From Octopus sinensis (lineage: Eukaryota): DNA of 64,000 bases. Location: positions 10,416,001 through 10,480,000 of the forward strand of contig NC_043005.1 in NCBI RefSeq assembly GCF_006345805.1. Direction: 5' to 3'. The notes under the pieces were generated by a model. The model made no database searches and was not told where the DNA came from. It saw only the letters and a list, made by a program, of their open reading frames with translations. Every line of letters starts with the position of its first letter. Within the stretch, counting starts at the first letter, position 1. Of the stretch, positions 25,141 through 38,574 are shown piece by piece. Made by a program: the position numbers and the translations under genes.

Positions 25141-25730
25141 GCACATACATACATACATACATACATTCATACATACATACATACTTACATACATATGAAA
25201 TCTGTAATTGGTACCAGAGCATGCATAATAAATTTGATGTCTTAAAAATCATGTTTCTTTCATAGAACTACTTCATATAATGATTGATTTTTACATTGAA
25301 ATAATTGTTATAGAAATAATCAATAATAACAATACCATATATGGAAATGTAAGTGCTTAATATGTTGTGTGCCTCCCTTCCCCTCCCTCATTCATCATGA
25401 TCATTCTATGCTGACAATATTATCATGAAAATTGTGATTATGCATGGAAAGAACGTATGACGTAATGGAAAAATTTCATCTCCTACTTTTCTACTGCAGT
25501 ACAATACTACATTAGTGCCTCTTCTTCCTACTCATCATAAATAGCATTATAGTTTTGTTTTGTTGTTGTGGGTTTTGTTTGTGTGTGTCTTAAGCTGCAA
25601 ATAAGAATATTCCTTTCCTATCCGATCCAATCCATAAAGAATGGTAGGCAACGCAGATCCCAGCCATAAAATATATATATATATATATTAGCAAAATGAA
25701 TATAAAGACTCTGTGAGTGGGGTATACGTA

Positions 25731-25763
<33 letters not shown>

Positions 25764-26971
25764 GTATATATATATATATCTATGTATGTATGTATGTATC
25801 TATGTATGTATGTATGTATGTATGTATGTATGTATGTATGTGTGTGTGTATGTATTCATAGCTAGCTCACTGAGTTTGTATCCATTTTACTAAAATTCTT
25901 GGGGGTTTTTAGCGCAGATGTGGTTGTGATGCGATCAGATTTAGATTTAATTATATTGTAAAAATATTAATGACTACTACTACTACAACTTCTTCTTCTT
26001 CTTCTTCTTCTCTCATCATCATCATCATCATCATCATCACTTATTTATATTTTATTCACAGCAGCTCCAAAAGTGTATCTGTCAGATTATTTTCAATAGT
26101 AGTGAATTAAAGTCCATGCTGAAAAAAATTTGTAGAATATCTCTTTAGAATATTCTTTTGTAAATACACATCACATTTGTTTAACCCTTGCTGAAAATAT
26201 TTCATGTGAAGGTCATTCACAGTCAGCCGCAGAAATAAATTAAATACAAAATAATTATAACATTCTTAATGGAATTATAACTTGTGACCAGTTTTTTTTC
26301 TTTTATCTTTTTCTTTTTTTTTTTTAATTTAACTCTTGCATTTGTGAAGAAATCATTAATTATTGAAAATTTTTCTAAAATTTGTATTAGCAAAATCTGA
26401 CAAAGTAAATAACAACAAACCTACTCTATTTAGTGAGAAATCCTGTACAATTCTCATTTACTGTTCTATTTCTTTGACAATTATCTCCATCTTTGAATAA
26501 TTTATCTCCTGTTTACATCAACCTTTCCATGGAACTTTATTTTTTCATCAAATGTTTACTTTCTGTAATTCAAAATTTGTCCTTCAACTAAATAGCCTTT
26601 GTGAAAACTATCAGAAAATTTACCTCCCCCTCTTTGAAAATGCCTATTTCACCCTATTTCACCATGGTTGAACATTTCAAGTGAAATACCCCGATAGTTG
26701 TTTTAACAATTCTTGTTTAGACGTAAAACATATCAGAACATAACTAAGCAATTTATTTTGCCTCTTTACATTTGGAGTTCAAATTCTGTCTGGATCAACT
26801 TGAAGAAAGAGAGGACAGATGCAATGCATGAGGTGTATATATACACACAAACAGAGAGAGCGAGAGAGAGAAACATACACGCATACATGCAAGCATATAT
26901 ACATACATATACATAGATACATTCATACATATACACCTATATGAGTTCATATATGAGTTTACTGAGAAATA

Positions 26972-27075
26972 TTTTGGGCAAGTGTCTATTATAGTCTGGG
27001 CCAACCAAAGCCTTATGAGTGGATTTGTTGGGAGGAAACTGAAAGAAGCCTTCCATGTGTGTATATGTGTGTGTG
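26972..27075 (+). mobile_element. SINE family A fragment
   Basis: ttgggcaagtgtctattatagtctgggccaaccaaagccttatgagtggatttg...gaaactgaaagaagcc. Confidence 0.8.
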
Positions 27076-27328
27076 TGCATGTGCGCATGTACGCATGTAT
27101 GAACACTTGTGTGTGCCCTTCTCTTGACATCATGGGATTGCTTTAAATGAGCATCATCATCATCATCATACAAACAATATTGTTCACTTCCAGTCATCTG
27201 TGAAAACATGGTTGGCTATGGGTAAATATGACCTTACTTGGAAACAGGTCAGGGTTGATGATATGAAATCTACATTAATGAATTTCATATGACTTATACA
27301 AGAAAGCAAAATTGGATGTTAAAATGGT

Positions 27329-27367
<39 letters not shown>

Positions 27368-27759
27368 TGTGTGTGTGTTGGGTCACCAAGTAAAACTAAG
27401 CAAGGTGAAACATGAATTCCTTTTTTTTTTTGGCTCTTTGAAGAAGAATCCTCTAAAGTTAATAATGCTGTGGTGAAAGAGGCTACAGCAGATAGTAACA
27501 GGACAATCCTTCATTTTCTGGCCCTGAACTGATAGACTGCCTTAAACCTATTCTTATAGACACTGTATGTTATTGTGTATGTTGTGTGTGTGTGTATGCT
27601 TATATACGTGTGTATATATATCATCAACATCACCAATGTGTCATTTTTTTTTCCATGCTGGAATAGATCAGATGAAACTTAGGCAGAATTTTTTATGGTT
27701 GGATGCTCTTCCTGTAGCCAACACACCTGCTCCCAAGAGAAGTAATATTAGTTTCAGAT

Positions 27760-28240
27760 TTTGACACAAGCCCAGTAACTTTGGGTGAAGAAGTAAGTCA
27801 ATTTCATCAATCCTAGTGGTCAACTGGTTCGTATTTTATCAAACCTGAAAGGATGAAGGACAAAGTTGACCTCAGCAGAATTTGAACTCAGAACATAAAG
27901 ATGAATGAAATGCTACTAATCATTTTGCTGGCACACTAACCAGGGCTGTGGAGTCAAAACAAAACACTTTGATTCTGATTCCTCTACTATGGGCACCTTC
28001 GACTCTGACTCCTCATTATTTAATTAAGTGAATGTGCTCTACATGCCTCATAAAGGACATGCATACACTTGTACTTTGAATAGGCCTATATGTTATAACT
28101 GGTTTATATTAAAGAATAAAGATACTGTGAGCTGGAGTCAGTATAGTTTTACTGACTCCGACTCCAGCTACCCCTTAATTGTTTCTGACTCCGACTCCAT
28201 AGCCTTGGTGCTAATGATTCTGCCAGCTCACTGCCTTAAA
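27760..28240 (-). mobile_element. SINE family B copy interrupted by a MITE
   Basis: Family B sequence runs to ...ggcacactaac, then resumes after 28207 with gtgctaatgattctgccagctcactgcctta. Confidence 0.75.
27941..28207. mobile_element. hAT-like MITE
   Basis: Terminal inverted repeats cagggctgtggagtc / gactccatagccttg, internal GACTCC repeats and a degenerate 8-bp target duplication (acactaac / gtgctaat). Confidence 0.75.
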
Positions 28241-28599
28241 GAATGGTAATAATGAGAGATTGTTAGACTAAAGGAACTCTAACTTTAGTTCAATCATGCT
28301 GGTTCATCCTACATGATTAATTGTACATGATGAACCTCATCTACAATTCATGTAAAAGAGATTCAGTTTTGATCTAAATATTGCTCATTGAATGTGGTCT
28401 ACATGCCTCATAAAGGAACAGTAAATGGCGGTGCCCCAGCATGGCCACAGCTCGTGAGCTGGAACTAGATAAAATAAAAAAATAAAAAATTTAAAAAATT
28501 GGAATTATTAGTATTTCACTTAATTTGGGTGTGTGTGTAACTTAAAGGGAGATTTTTTCAGTTACATATAAACATATTGACCTTTAATCAGAATTATTA

Positions 28600-28634
<35 letters not shown>

Positions 28635-29099
28635 TGTGTGTGTGTGTGTGTGTAACAAACGCGTATTGAAATTTAAAATTCAAAAGTCAATATTAGGTCA
28701 GATGTAGGTCTTTTGGTACAATGTACTTATAGGGTAACCTGATTCTGGTTTTCTTAATCCTAAGTTGCTAATTTAGGAAGGTATAATTTTGCTGGCTCAC
28801 CTTATGAGAATGTGAGCATTTAATTCAGTCTAATGAGGCTTAGGGTTTAAGTAAACATAAAATTTCAAAATATAATTTAAAGATAAACCAAAAATAGATA
28901 TTGTCTTCATGCATACACAAATGTGTATACAAACACATTCACACACATATGCTCATACATACGTACACATATATGTACATACGTATATACATGCAAACAA
29001 ACACATACACAACACACACATATGCACAGCATTAACTTCATCCAGTAGTCTTAATCTTTTAGTTTAGATGGCTCAGGATAACTGCCCCTTCTCAGATTA

Positions 29100-29194
29100 A
29101 CTTACATTATATAGATATGTGTATATCTGTATTTATACACACGTACATACATGCATATATATAGGTGTGTGTGTATGTAAATATATATATATCA

Positions 29195-29249
<55 letters not shown>

Positions 29250-29830
29250 ATTATATGTATATATATATATGTATATACACACACATGTATGTATACATCT
29301 ATATGTGTAACTGTATATATATGTATGTATATATGTATATATATATATGTATATGTATATATGTATATATGTATGTATATATGCATATATATGTATATAT
29401 ATGTGTACATATATGTATATATGTGTGTATATATGTGTGTGTATATATATATGTATATATATATGTATGTATATATATGTGTGTGTGTATGTATATATAT
29501 TTCTGTTTTTATATATGAATATGTATATATATATTATATATATGTATATATATATGCATAAATGTATGTGTGTGTATATATGTGTATATATATGTATTTA
29601 TATATAAATATGTATATATATGTATATATACCTATATGCATATATGCATATATATGCATAAATGTGTGTGTGTGTGTATACATATGTATATAGGTGTTTA
29701 TATATTTGTGAAAATACATATCATTCTCTTTGTATATATATATGTATATTTGTGTGTATATATATAAATATGTAAAAATGTATATATAAATGTATATCTC
29801 TCTGAATATATGTGTATGTCTATGTATGAT
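29100..29830. repeat. Compound (TA)n/(TG)n/(TATG)n microsatellite block
   Basis: Direct inspection; the ORFs here are YI/VC low-complexity artefacts. Confidence 0.95.
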
Positions 29831-30179
29831 AATAATGATGTAATGTAATAATATAATAATAATAAACTTATGGCATATAGTACCTAGATGCACTGCAACT
29901 CATCAGAGATGGTTAAAGAAGGGGCAGAATGCAGACATATAAACCAATTAAAGAAAGACAGCAATAAATGTTAGAATTAATTCCAAATTACACATAAAAC
30001 ACATAAAGATAGAACAGTGAATATTTAATGGGTATATATTTTTGCATATCTATCTGTTTGTCTGTCTATCTATCTATCAGTATATATATATTTAAGTAGG
30101 TGAATGAATTATCCTAGCATGGAAAATTCGGTAAATCAAAAAGTTTTTGTTCATCTTGAGGCTGAAAGAGGCTCTTTAT

Positions 30180-30262
30180 CTTTCCTGATGAGAAGATGAC
30201 ATAATGCACCCTTTATTCCTTCGGAATTAAGAGTATGCCGTCTTCGAAACAAGTGTTGAGAG
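30180..30262 (+). ncRNA. Solo type I hammerhead ribozyme
   Basis: ctttc CTGATGA gaagatgacata...tatgccgtcttc GAAAC aagt GTT gagag: intact core, ~11-bp stem II, 5-bp stem I (one G-U) and a GUU triplet. Confidence 0.75.
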
Positions 30263-30329
30263 TAAGGAATTTTGTTAAAATCTTCGTTCGACTCCATTCT
30301 TTCATTTATTTATATATATATATATTATA

Positions 30330-30382
<53 letters not shown>

Positions 30383-31116
30383 TATATATATTATATACAT
30401 GTATGAGATATAAATGAAATATAAAGGGTAGAGAAAGACAGACAGACAGACAGACACACACACACACACTATACAACATACATGTATTTGCTTTGCAATC
30501 TTCAAAGCCTCCTACAGAGTGTAATTTGAGTTGACCAATACCATGGAACCTATGTTGGTTGATAAGAAGTATATGAAAACTCTTCATACACACATGCATG
30601 CTTACTTACAAGCATACATACATGCATCCATACATACATACATACATACATACATACATACATACATACATACATACATACATACATTTCTTTCTGCGTC
30701 TTTATAATTTATGCCATCCAACAAAACTGTATCTGTATTTATGTATCTCATGTATCTGGGTAATAAATAAAATTGCAAAAATTAGTACCAGTTTTAGAAA
30801 TAAGCAGAAACACAACCGACAACAGAATGTATAGAAGGGGTTGATCTAGGCACATCAACTGTAATCCTGTAGCAATGGAATCAATTGTGTGTTGTTACCC
30901 CTTCTCATACATTCTGCTATTGGTTGTGCATCCACTTATGGCAAGATAGAAATTTGCAATTTACAGCTATTTGATCCTTGTTCCTGCGCTTATAAAATGA
31001 GCAAATTATAAAACTTGACACTATGACTGACTCAGACCCTGCAAAGCGTAGTCTAGCATGGCCACAATTTAATGACTGATAAAAATATTCTTTTACCCAT
31101 TTACTTTTTTCTTTCA

Positions 31117-31153
<37 letters not shown>

Positions 31154-32073
31154 CTGACCTGATCACTGGAAAATGATAATTTTACATACACACGTGTGCA
31201 TGTGTGTACATTTGAGCAGTAAAGCTGATTGAACGAAACCTTGGTTCAAGTGGTCACGTGTGTAACCCATTTTATCTTATATTTGAAAAAAGCCTCCCAC
31301 CTATACACCAACCATATAGAACATGTATAGCTGATAAACAGACCATTGAAGAACTAGACAATAGATTATTAGCTGATATCTCTCACACTGGAGCTATAGT
31401 AAATCTATGGAGAAATACTTAACTCTTCAACGTCCTGGTCATCTTAGTTGTGATTAGGTACCATAAGGTACAAAAGTTTAGTGGATATGGTACCATCGAC
31501 CAGATAATGAATTGGCAGTTCATAACTCTGGCAGTGACATAGAAGTCTTCTGTGGTCAAGGCACTTAATGCTCAAATGGTCCAGTGAAATTAGTTATCAC
31601 ACAGATTTTTTTTGTCTTCATCTGAAGAGGTAGCAGTACCCGTCCATGACCTTTGTAGTCTAATTTTCAAGATAGATACCACTGAAGTCCAACTTGAACA
31701 TGTATTAGGTCATCAACTGGGCAATAGGAGGGTTTTTTGTATTTGTGGTGCTGATAGCATATGAGTGAGTGGATGGTGGGTCAGATAAATGTGACAATAA
31801 ATATAGGAATTGTCCATTAAAATACTTCCTGTTACATTTTTCATGAAATGTAGCGTAAACTTTTACAATTACATACATCTAATTTTGAAGGTGAAATGTT
31901 TGTTTTTCCTATGATTTTGAAGGAATCAGACCAACAAAGCCATTGAAAGTTACTCATTTTTTTTAAGCCCCTACTTGCAACTGACAATATTTGTAATTGT
32001 AAGAATGACTACAAGTGTAATGCTCCTACTTAGTCTTTTACTAAGTGTTGATAGACTATTGCACTTGTCTCAC

Positions 32074-32159
32074 TTTGAAGATGAAATGTTTTGGTTTTGA
32101 TGTGTTTTGAACAAATCTAACCATTTAAAAACCGTTGGAAATAACTCATAAATTGCTCC
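32074..32159 (-). CDS. Candidate exon (GAIYELFPTVFKWLDLFKTHQNQNISSS-)
   Basis: Acceptor gttgttatttgcag|, donor |gtgaga, 28 open codons. No homology recognised. Confidence 0.2.
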
Positions 32160-32519
32160 CTGCAAATAACAACAGGTGTAATTGTAAAAATTTTCTTAAT
32201 CTATGAAATGGTACACATAAGAAAATCCTTTTTGCTGAGTGAATAAAAAATGCCAATTAATGATCAAAGAACTTGGTTTAGTTCTTCAATAAGTACACAA
32301 ATTAAATCTAAGAGATAAAGAATCTTTGAACCATCAAAAAATATGAAACAAATGTGACAATAAAGAAAAGAAAATTTAATGCAAACTGTTGATGTATTAA
32401 TATGATTGAGACCTGACATTGTTTATTGTTTGAAAGCTCTTCAGTACTTCATTTAGGAAAATCATTGTTCATACAAATAAATGCTGCCATCCTGGTAATG
32501 TACTTATAATATAATATAT

Positions 32520-32960
32520 AATATAATGAAATTATTGTATACAGTGCTCAGGTGCACCACAACTTGTCAGAAAGTGCATATAAAGTACATGCAGTAATGT
32601 ACAAATGTCTGGAAAGCGAACAATGTATGAGTCAGATACATGCTTGTGTTTGTATGGAGGGGAGAAAATCAGGTGTAGTGTTGGCGAATCTCAGAAAGCA
32701 TGGAAGTTTTGAAGGATGCAATGCTCCGACAACTAATGACTGATGCCGGCAGTTTGTTCCATGCTTCAGCAACTCTCAGCGTGAAAAAATGTTTCCTGAA
32801 GTCATGGGAGCTGTGCTGTTTTCTTACTTTGTAAATATGTCCACGGGTGTTAGATGGGTAGAGTTTGAAAAGGTGCTCAGAGTTATTGTTTGTACGGGTG
32901 GAGTTTGAAAAGGTGCTCAGAGTTATTGTTTGTATGTGCTCAGAGTTATTGTTATGAAAT
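32520..32960 (-). mobile_element. CR1 3' end, variant with longer 3'UTR
   Basis: ORF 32669-32977 contains SNTRGHIYKVRKQHSSHDFRKHFFTLRVAEAWNKLP, homologous to 6076-6588. Confidence 0.9.
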
Positions 32961-33059
32961 GATGCATCACTATCCATATGGATTAACTAGTCATACACTG
33001 ACTCTGATGCTGGGATTGTACTACCTCCTGTTCCTATATATTCTGATTACAGAATGATT

Positions 33060-33500
33060 GTGGGTCAGTAGTGGAGTGCTTAAAATCTTTCAGTGTTGAA
33101 CTGTATTTTATTTTCTCCAACCCATTTGTATATTGTTTTCAGATCTTTCTGTAGTTTTGTGCTATCTACAAGTTCCTTTGACTGCATGTGACACTTTTGT
33201 ATCATCAGCACAGATGGTGAGAGTGGTTGACTGTATGACTGTTGGTATGTTTGAGATCCACCACAAACATTCATGGTCTCAGTACAGTTCCCTAAAGACT
33301 TCAATGAGAGTTGATATCTCCTGAGAGAAAGCAACACTGTCTGCTACTCTCTGACTCTTATCTTTTAAAAAGTCATAAGGAGACTTCTCTAGATTTCCAA
33401 CATTTTCATGGTTAGGCTGTTTGTGATTTATCATCCTGTGACCAACTTTGTTGAATACTTTGGCAAAGTTGAGATATATCACATCCTCACACACACACAC
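33060..33500 (-). mobile_element. Decayed CR1 reverse-transcriptase fragment
   Basis: DVIYLNFAKVFNKVGH (cf. D.IYLDFAKAFDKV.H), DFLKDKSQRV, DLKTIYKW..ENKIQFN. Confidence 0.8.
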
Positions 33501-34373
33501 ACTGAGAAGAAAATTAGCAGAACAGATGTTATTTTAATGAGATTCACCTTGTGCTCACCTGCTCACCGGAAGAAACACATCTACACTGACAGATACTCCT
33601 AAACCAGTTGTTCAGTATCCCGCCTGTGATGGATCAATGCTAGATAAGTTGAAACAATTGTAGTAATCAATAAACATTCTCATATCTTTCATTTTTCCAT
33701 CTCTCCCATTAATCAAATACACACACACACACATACACACACACCTTTTAAATTTGTTTATGGGAAATGTTTTGAATGTGCAAATAAAGCTCCTATTCAT
33801 TTATGCTGGTCACAGTCTAATGATGCTGATTGGTGAACCAGTTTTTTGAGGTTGCATCGAGCTGTACCAATATAATGTAGGATAAATCTAGTAATAATAA
33901 CAATAATCCTTCAATTGAATTTTAAAACATTTAATGCATCGCTACGTGCATTTCCACAAATCATGTCTTTTAAGATCACAGTTCATATTCCAGGTATGAT
34001 TACAGTGTAGTCTGTAGTATCCATGGACATTGAATAAATCATCTTCATGGATTCATTTCTTCAGGTGATATAACATTAATGGATGTTTAACAGAGTACTG
34101 TTTATCCTTTTAGATCCCTTAATCTTCTCAGGAAAACAGACTGTGATATCAAGAGACATGTGATTTGTGGAAACACATGTCATGATGCATTAACTGTTTA
34201 TAAATTCTATCCAAGGATTATTCTCATTATTATTATTATTATTATATATATATTATATATATATATATATTATATATATATGTATGTATGTATAATATAT
34301 ACACACACGCATGCATACACACATACATATAGGCTGTCCTTTGTGCTCCTTGTCATGATGTGGGTTCATGTGG

Positions 34374-34409
<36 letters not shown>

Positions 34410-34412
34410 TAT

Positions 34413-34455
<43 letters not shown>

Positions 34456-34493
34456 TACATACACACACACACACACAATTATATGCATATATA

Positions 34494-34557
<64 letters not shown>

Positions 34558-34604
34558 AGAAATATATATATAACATATATATATATACATATATGTATAT
34601 GTTT

Positions 34605-34905
34605 GTTTTCCATGCTGGCTTGGGTTTGATTGGGGACTGGCAAGCCAGGAGGTCGCACCAGGCTCCAGTCTGATCTGTCAATATTTCTACAGCTGGATGC
34701 CCTTCCTAATGCCAACCACTCCGAGAGTGTAGTGGGTGCTTTTTACCAACCAATGGTATGGGAGCCAGTTAGGTGGCACTAGCATCGGCCACATTCAAAT
34801 GGTGCTTTCTACGTACGACTGGCACAGGGGCCAGTTGGGGTGAGGGGGCTGGCATCGACCATGTTTGGATGGTGCTTTTCACATGCCACCAGCATGTTGT
34901 GTGTG
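34605..34905 (-). mobile_element. RTE 3'UTR fragment
   Basis: ttccatgctggc...ctacagctggatgcccttcctaatgccaaccactcc... with repeat units. Confidence 0.85.
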
Positions 34906-34994
34906 CACACAGACATTACAGCCCCAGCAGAACACACACACACACACATACATATATACATATATATATATGTATATATATAGATATATATATA

Positions 34995-35385
34995 CTCGTT
35001 TACTTGTTTCTGTCATTTGACTGCGGCCATGCTGGAGCACTGCCTTTAGTCATGCAAATCGACCCCGGGACTTATTCTTTGTGAGCCCTGTACTTATTCT
35101 ATCGGTCTCTTTTGCCGAACCGCTAAGTGACGGGTACGTAAACACACCAGCATCGGTTGTCAAGCAATGCTAGAGGGACAAACACAGACACACAAACATA
35201 TACACACACATACACATATATATATATACATATATACGACAGGCTTCTTTCAGTTTCCCTCTACCAAATCCACTTACAAGGCTTTGGTCAGCCCGAGGCT
35301 ATAGCAGAAGACACTTGCCCAAGATGCCACACAGTGGGACTGAACTCGGAAGCATGTGGTTGGTTAGCAAGCTACTTACCACACA
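34995..35385 (-). mobile_element. SINE family A
   Basis: Reverse complement of 4624-5047. Confidence 0.9.
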
Positions 35386-35720
35386 GCCTATATCAAGGGT
35401 AAAAAGAACCCCTTCAGTCATGGATGGCCATGGGATTGCACCTAGAAAGATCCCCTCTGAGACACAAGTTTGTTTGTGGAAGACCAGCAGTCGCTCATAC
35501 ATATCTGTCTCCCCTCTCCATGCCACTGATGTTGTCCCTGGGAAAGGCCAATACAGCTTGGCACCAGTGATGTCATAACTCATTTTGACAGCTGAGTGAA
35601 TTGGAGCAGTGTGAAATAAAATGCCTTGTTGAAGAACACAACACACAGCCCAGTCCAGGAATCAAACTCACAACCTCATGTTTATAAGCCTGACACTCTA
35701 GCCACTGACCTATGCACCTT

Positions 35721-35756
<36 letters not shown>

Positions 35757-36249
35757 CATGTGCATGTGTATGTACACACACACAGCTCAAAATATATACT
35801 AACCTAAAAGGCTGTGTGGTGGCAAATCCGTCACTAAGTGGCATGTAGTATATATCTTCTCCTCTGGCACTAGTCCTTACTTTTGTAGGGGATCAGCCTT
35901 GAGCAGGGGAATGTCTGAACTTGTGATTTAGTACCAAGATTGTCCCTAGCTAGAACCTTCACAATGAGAGCCTGTTCTCAAAAGCTCTCCTTGGAAGGGG
36001 CATAACTCAAAAAAAAATTAAACAAAGTAGCCTATAGCAACCATGCAGATGAAGACCTATGAGTCGAAAGCTTTAACTTGCGGAAGAAAGCAAGCTAAGA
36101 AGATACAGCTCAAACAATCCGTTGCTGTTTCATTCCCTTATCCTTCATGTCCCATTTCAGATGTGCTACAAAGGATTTCTTCAAGGCCCACAATTTGTGG
36201 GCCACTTAGTGGCAAGAAAAAAAAGGAACCTTCACTTACACATACAGAT

Positions 36250-36638
36250 GGATGGAAGCACTCCGTCGGTACGACGATGAGGGTTCCGGTCGATCCGAAT
36301 CAACGGAACAGCCTACTCATGAAATTAACGTGTAAGTGGCTGAGCACTCCACAGACACGTGTACCCTTAACGTAGTTCTCGGGGATATTCAGCGTGACAC
36401 AGAGAGTGACAAGGCCGGCCCTTTGAAATACAGGTACAACAGAAACAGGAAGTAAGAGTGAGAGAAAGTTGTGGTGAAAGAGTACAGCAGGGATCACCAC
36501 CATCCCCTGCCGGAGCCTCGTGGAACTTTTAGGTGTTTTCGCTCAATAAACACTCACAACGACCGGTCTGGGAATCGAAACCGCGATCCTATGACCGCGA
36601 GTCCGCTGCCCTAACCACTGGGCCATTGCGCCTCCACA
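36250..36638 (-). mobile_element. tRNA-derived SINE family C, full length
   Basis: Minus-strand head ggaggcgcaatggcccagtggttagggcagcggactcgcgg...ggtttcgattccc with A and B boxes. Second copy at 53660-54015. Confidence 0.88.
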
Positions 36639-37884
36639 CACCCCTACTACCAATCACACCACCAAACAAATGCCATCAACAACAAACCTTGAACCCCCCC
36701 CCACACACACACACACAAATCAAACTAACTTGTTGACCCAAACATTTCTTCATGATGCTAATACCTCTCTTTTTCATCATCTTTAACTTAATAACTGTCT
36801 ATATATAAACAAGTGCCAACGCGAATGACCTTCAAACATGTATTTGGCGTTAACAGATCAGAAGGGAGATAAATCTTCCTTATCTCATCTCTCTGAACTA
36901 AAAAATTAAAAGCATCGTTTTTGCTGGAATGCTTTTGTTGTGGGAGACAGTTTGTGGTGTAATTATTGATTTATGATGTTGTTATTGTTGCGTTTTTTTG
37001 TGAGCCCCATGTCATTCCCTAATTGAGTAAACTTATGGTCAAAGACATTCCAGCCATGACCATTCTGTCTTATAAGCGTAGTGCATTTAGGACTACTTAA
37101 TGCATTAGGTTCCTCCTTTCAAAAGATGGTAGGATGTGATTTGATGAAAATCTGATTACATTTTGTAGTCAGTTGAGCGACCACATAATAACTAAAGCAG
37201 TTTCTTTGTTTTTAATATTACTCTGCTAGTTTGTAAATACAGAAGCATTTAGCCAGCTCAACCCACCCTGGGTGAATGCTGTCTCAAGACAAGAAGAATG
37301 ATTATGTGGAAAGTTGTGATTATCTAGTTGGCATCCTTACAAATAGAGTTTTTAAACTCAAATTACTTTACAACAAGTCTACATATATTTTTATAAATAA
37401 AGGTATATATTCTCAATTCATAACTGACTGTTATAATTGTGTGTTAGTAAACTGGTTTATTTCCTTATTCCTAATGGTTTTATACAACTGGGTCAATATA
37501 ATTAACTAAAATCCTTGAAGGCAGTGTTCCTGTTTAGTCTATAGTTCAATGGTTGAAGCCAGTAAAAGAATGAAAGAATATATACAGCTTGTAGAATTTC
37601 TGTTTCTTATACTTCTTGTGTAGTAATGATTCAGTGGGTATTTCTTAATGTATCAGTATTTTGTATGTTTGTATCAACACTCAGTAATATTATTGCTTTA
37701 CATTTAACTTGAAACTTCTGAAAAATGAAATAAAATTTATAAAGAGTCTAAAGAAAGTAATTGTTGATTGCTTCAACAAAATTTATGTGCTAACGTCTAT
37801 AATTGTAGTTAGGGGTCATATGCTATGAGAGGAAATGGGAATACTGATTTTTAAGTGAAACTCTTTGTCAGAGAAATAATCATA

Positions 37885-38280
37885 CTCTCTTTTACTCTTT
37901 TACTTGTTTCAGTCATTTGACTGCGGCCATGCTGGAGCACCGCCTTTAGTCGAGCAAATCGACCCCGGGACTTATTCTTTTGTAAGCCCAGTACTTATTC
38001 TATCGGTCTCTTTTGCCGAACCGCTAAGTGACGAGGACATAAACACACCAGCATCGGTTGTCAAGCAATGCTAGGGGGACAAACACAGACACACAAACAT
38101 ACACGCACATACATATATATACATATATACGACGGGCTTCTTTCAGTTTCCGTCTACCAAATCCACTCACAAGGCTTTGGTCGGCCCGAGGCTATAGTAG
38201 AAGACACTTGCCCAAGATGCCACGCAGGGGGACTGAACCCCGAACCATGTGGTTGGTAAACAAGCTACTTACCACACAGC

Positions 38281-38282
<2 letters not shown>
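37885..38282 (-). mobile_element. SINE family A
   Basis: Near-consensus copy. Confidence 0.9.
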
Positions 38283-38330
<48 letters not shown>

Positions 38331-38526
38331 AAGATAAGCATATTAAAAAGGATCCATGGAGAAACTCATTTAAACAAAGGGGTTGGGAACTATTGCGAAA
38401 AGGTCAGGAACCACTGTACTACATGATGAAAAAGTATACATATTTTTCACTTATACTCTTTAGATTTTCAGTAACAAACAGTATTATATATTAGATAGCT
38501 GAAAAACAGATTTAATTATTTAACAG

Positions 38527-38574
38527 AAGTGAAAGAAGAAGAACAAGTAACTGATAAGATAGTAACCAAATCAG
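38527..38574 (+). CDS. Candidate exon (-VKEEEQVTDKIVTKS-)
   Basis: Acceptor tttaattatttaacag|, purine-rich open frame, donor |gtatca. Phase-compatible with an acceptor at 39540. Confidence 0.2.

Noticed and set aside
34030-34070. Minus-strand ctgaagaaatgaatccatgaagatg
   Set aside because: GAAG instead of GAAA, with no stem I or III support.
36560-36638. tRNA gene
   Set aside because: tRNA-like head of SINE family C, continuing into a SINE body shared with 53660-54015.
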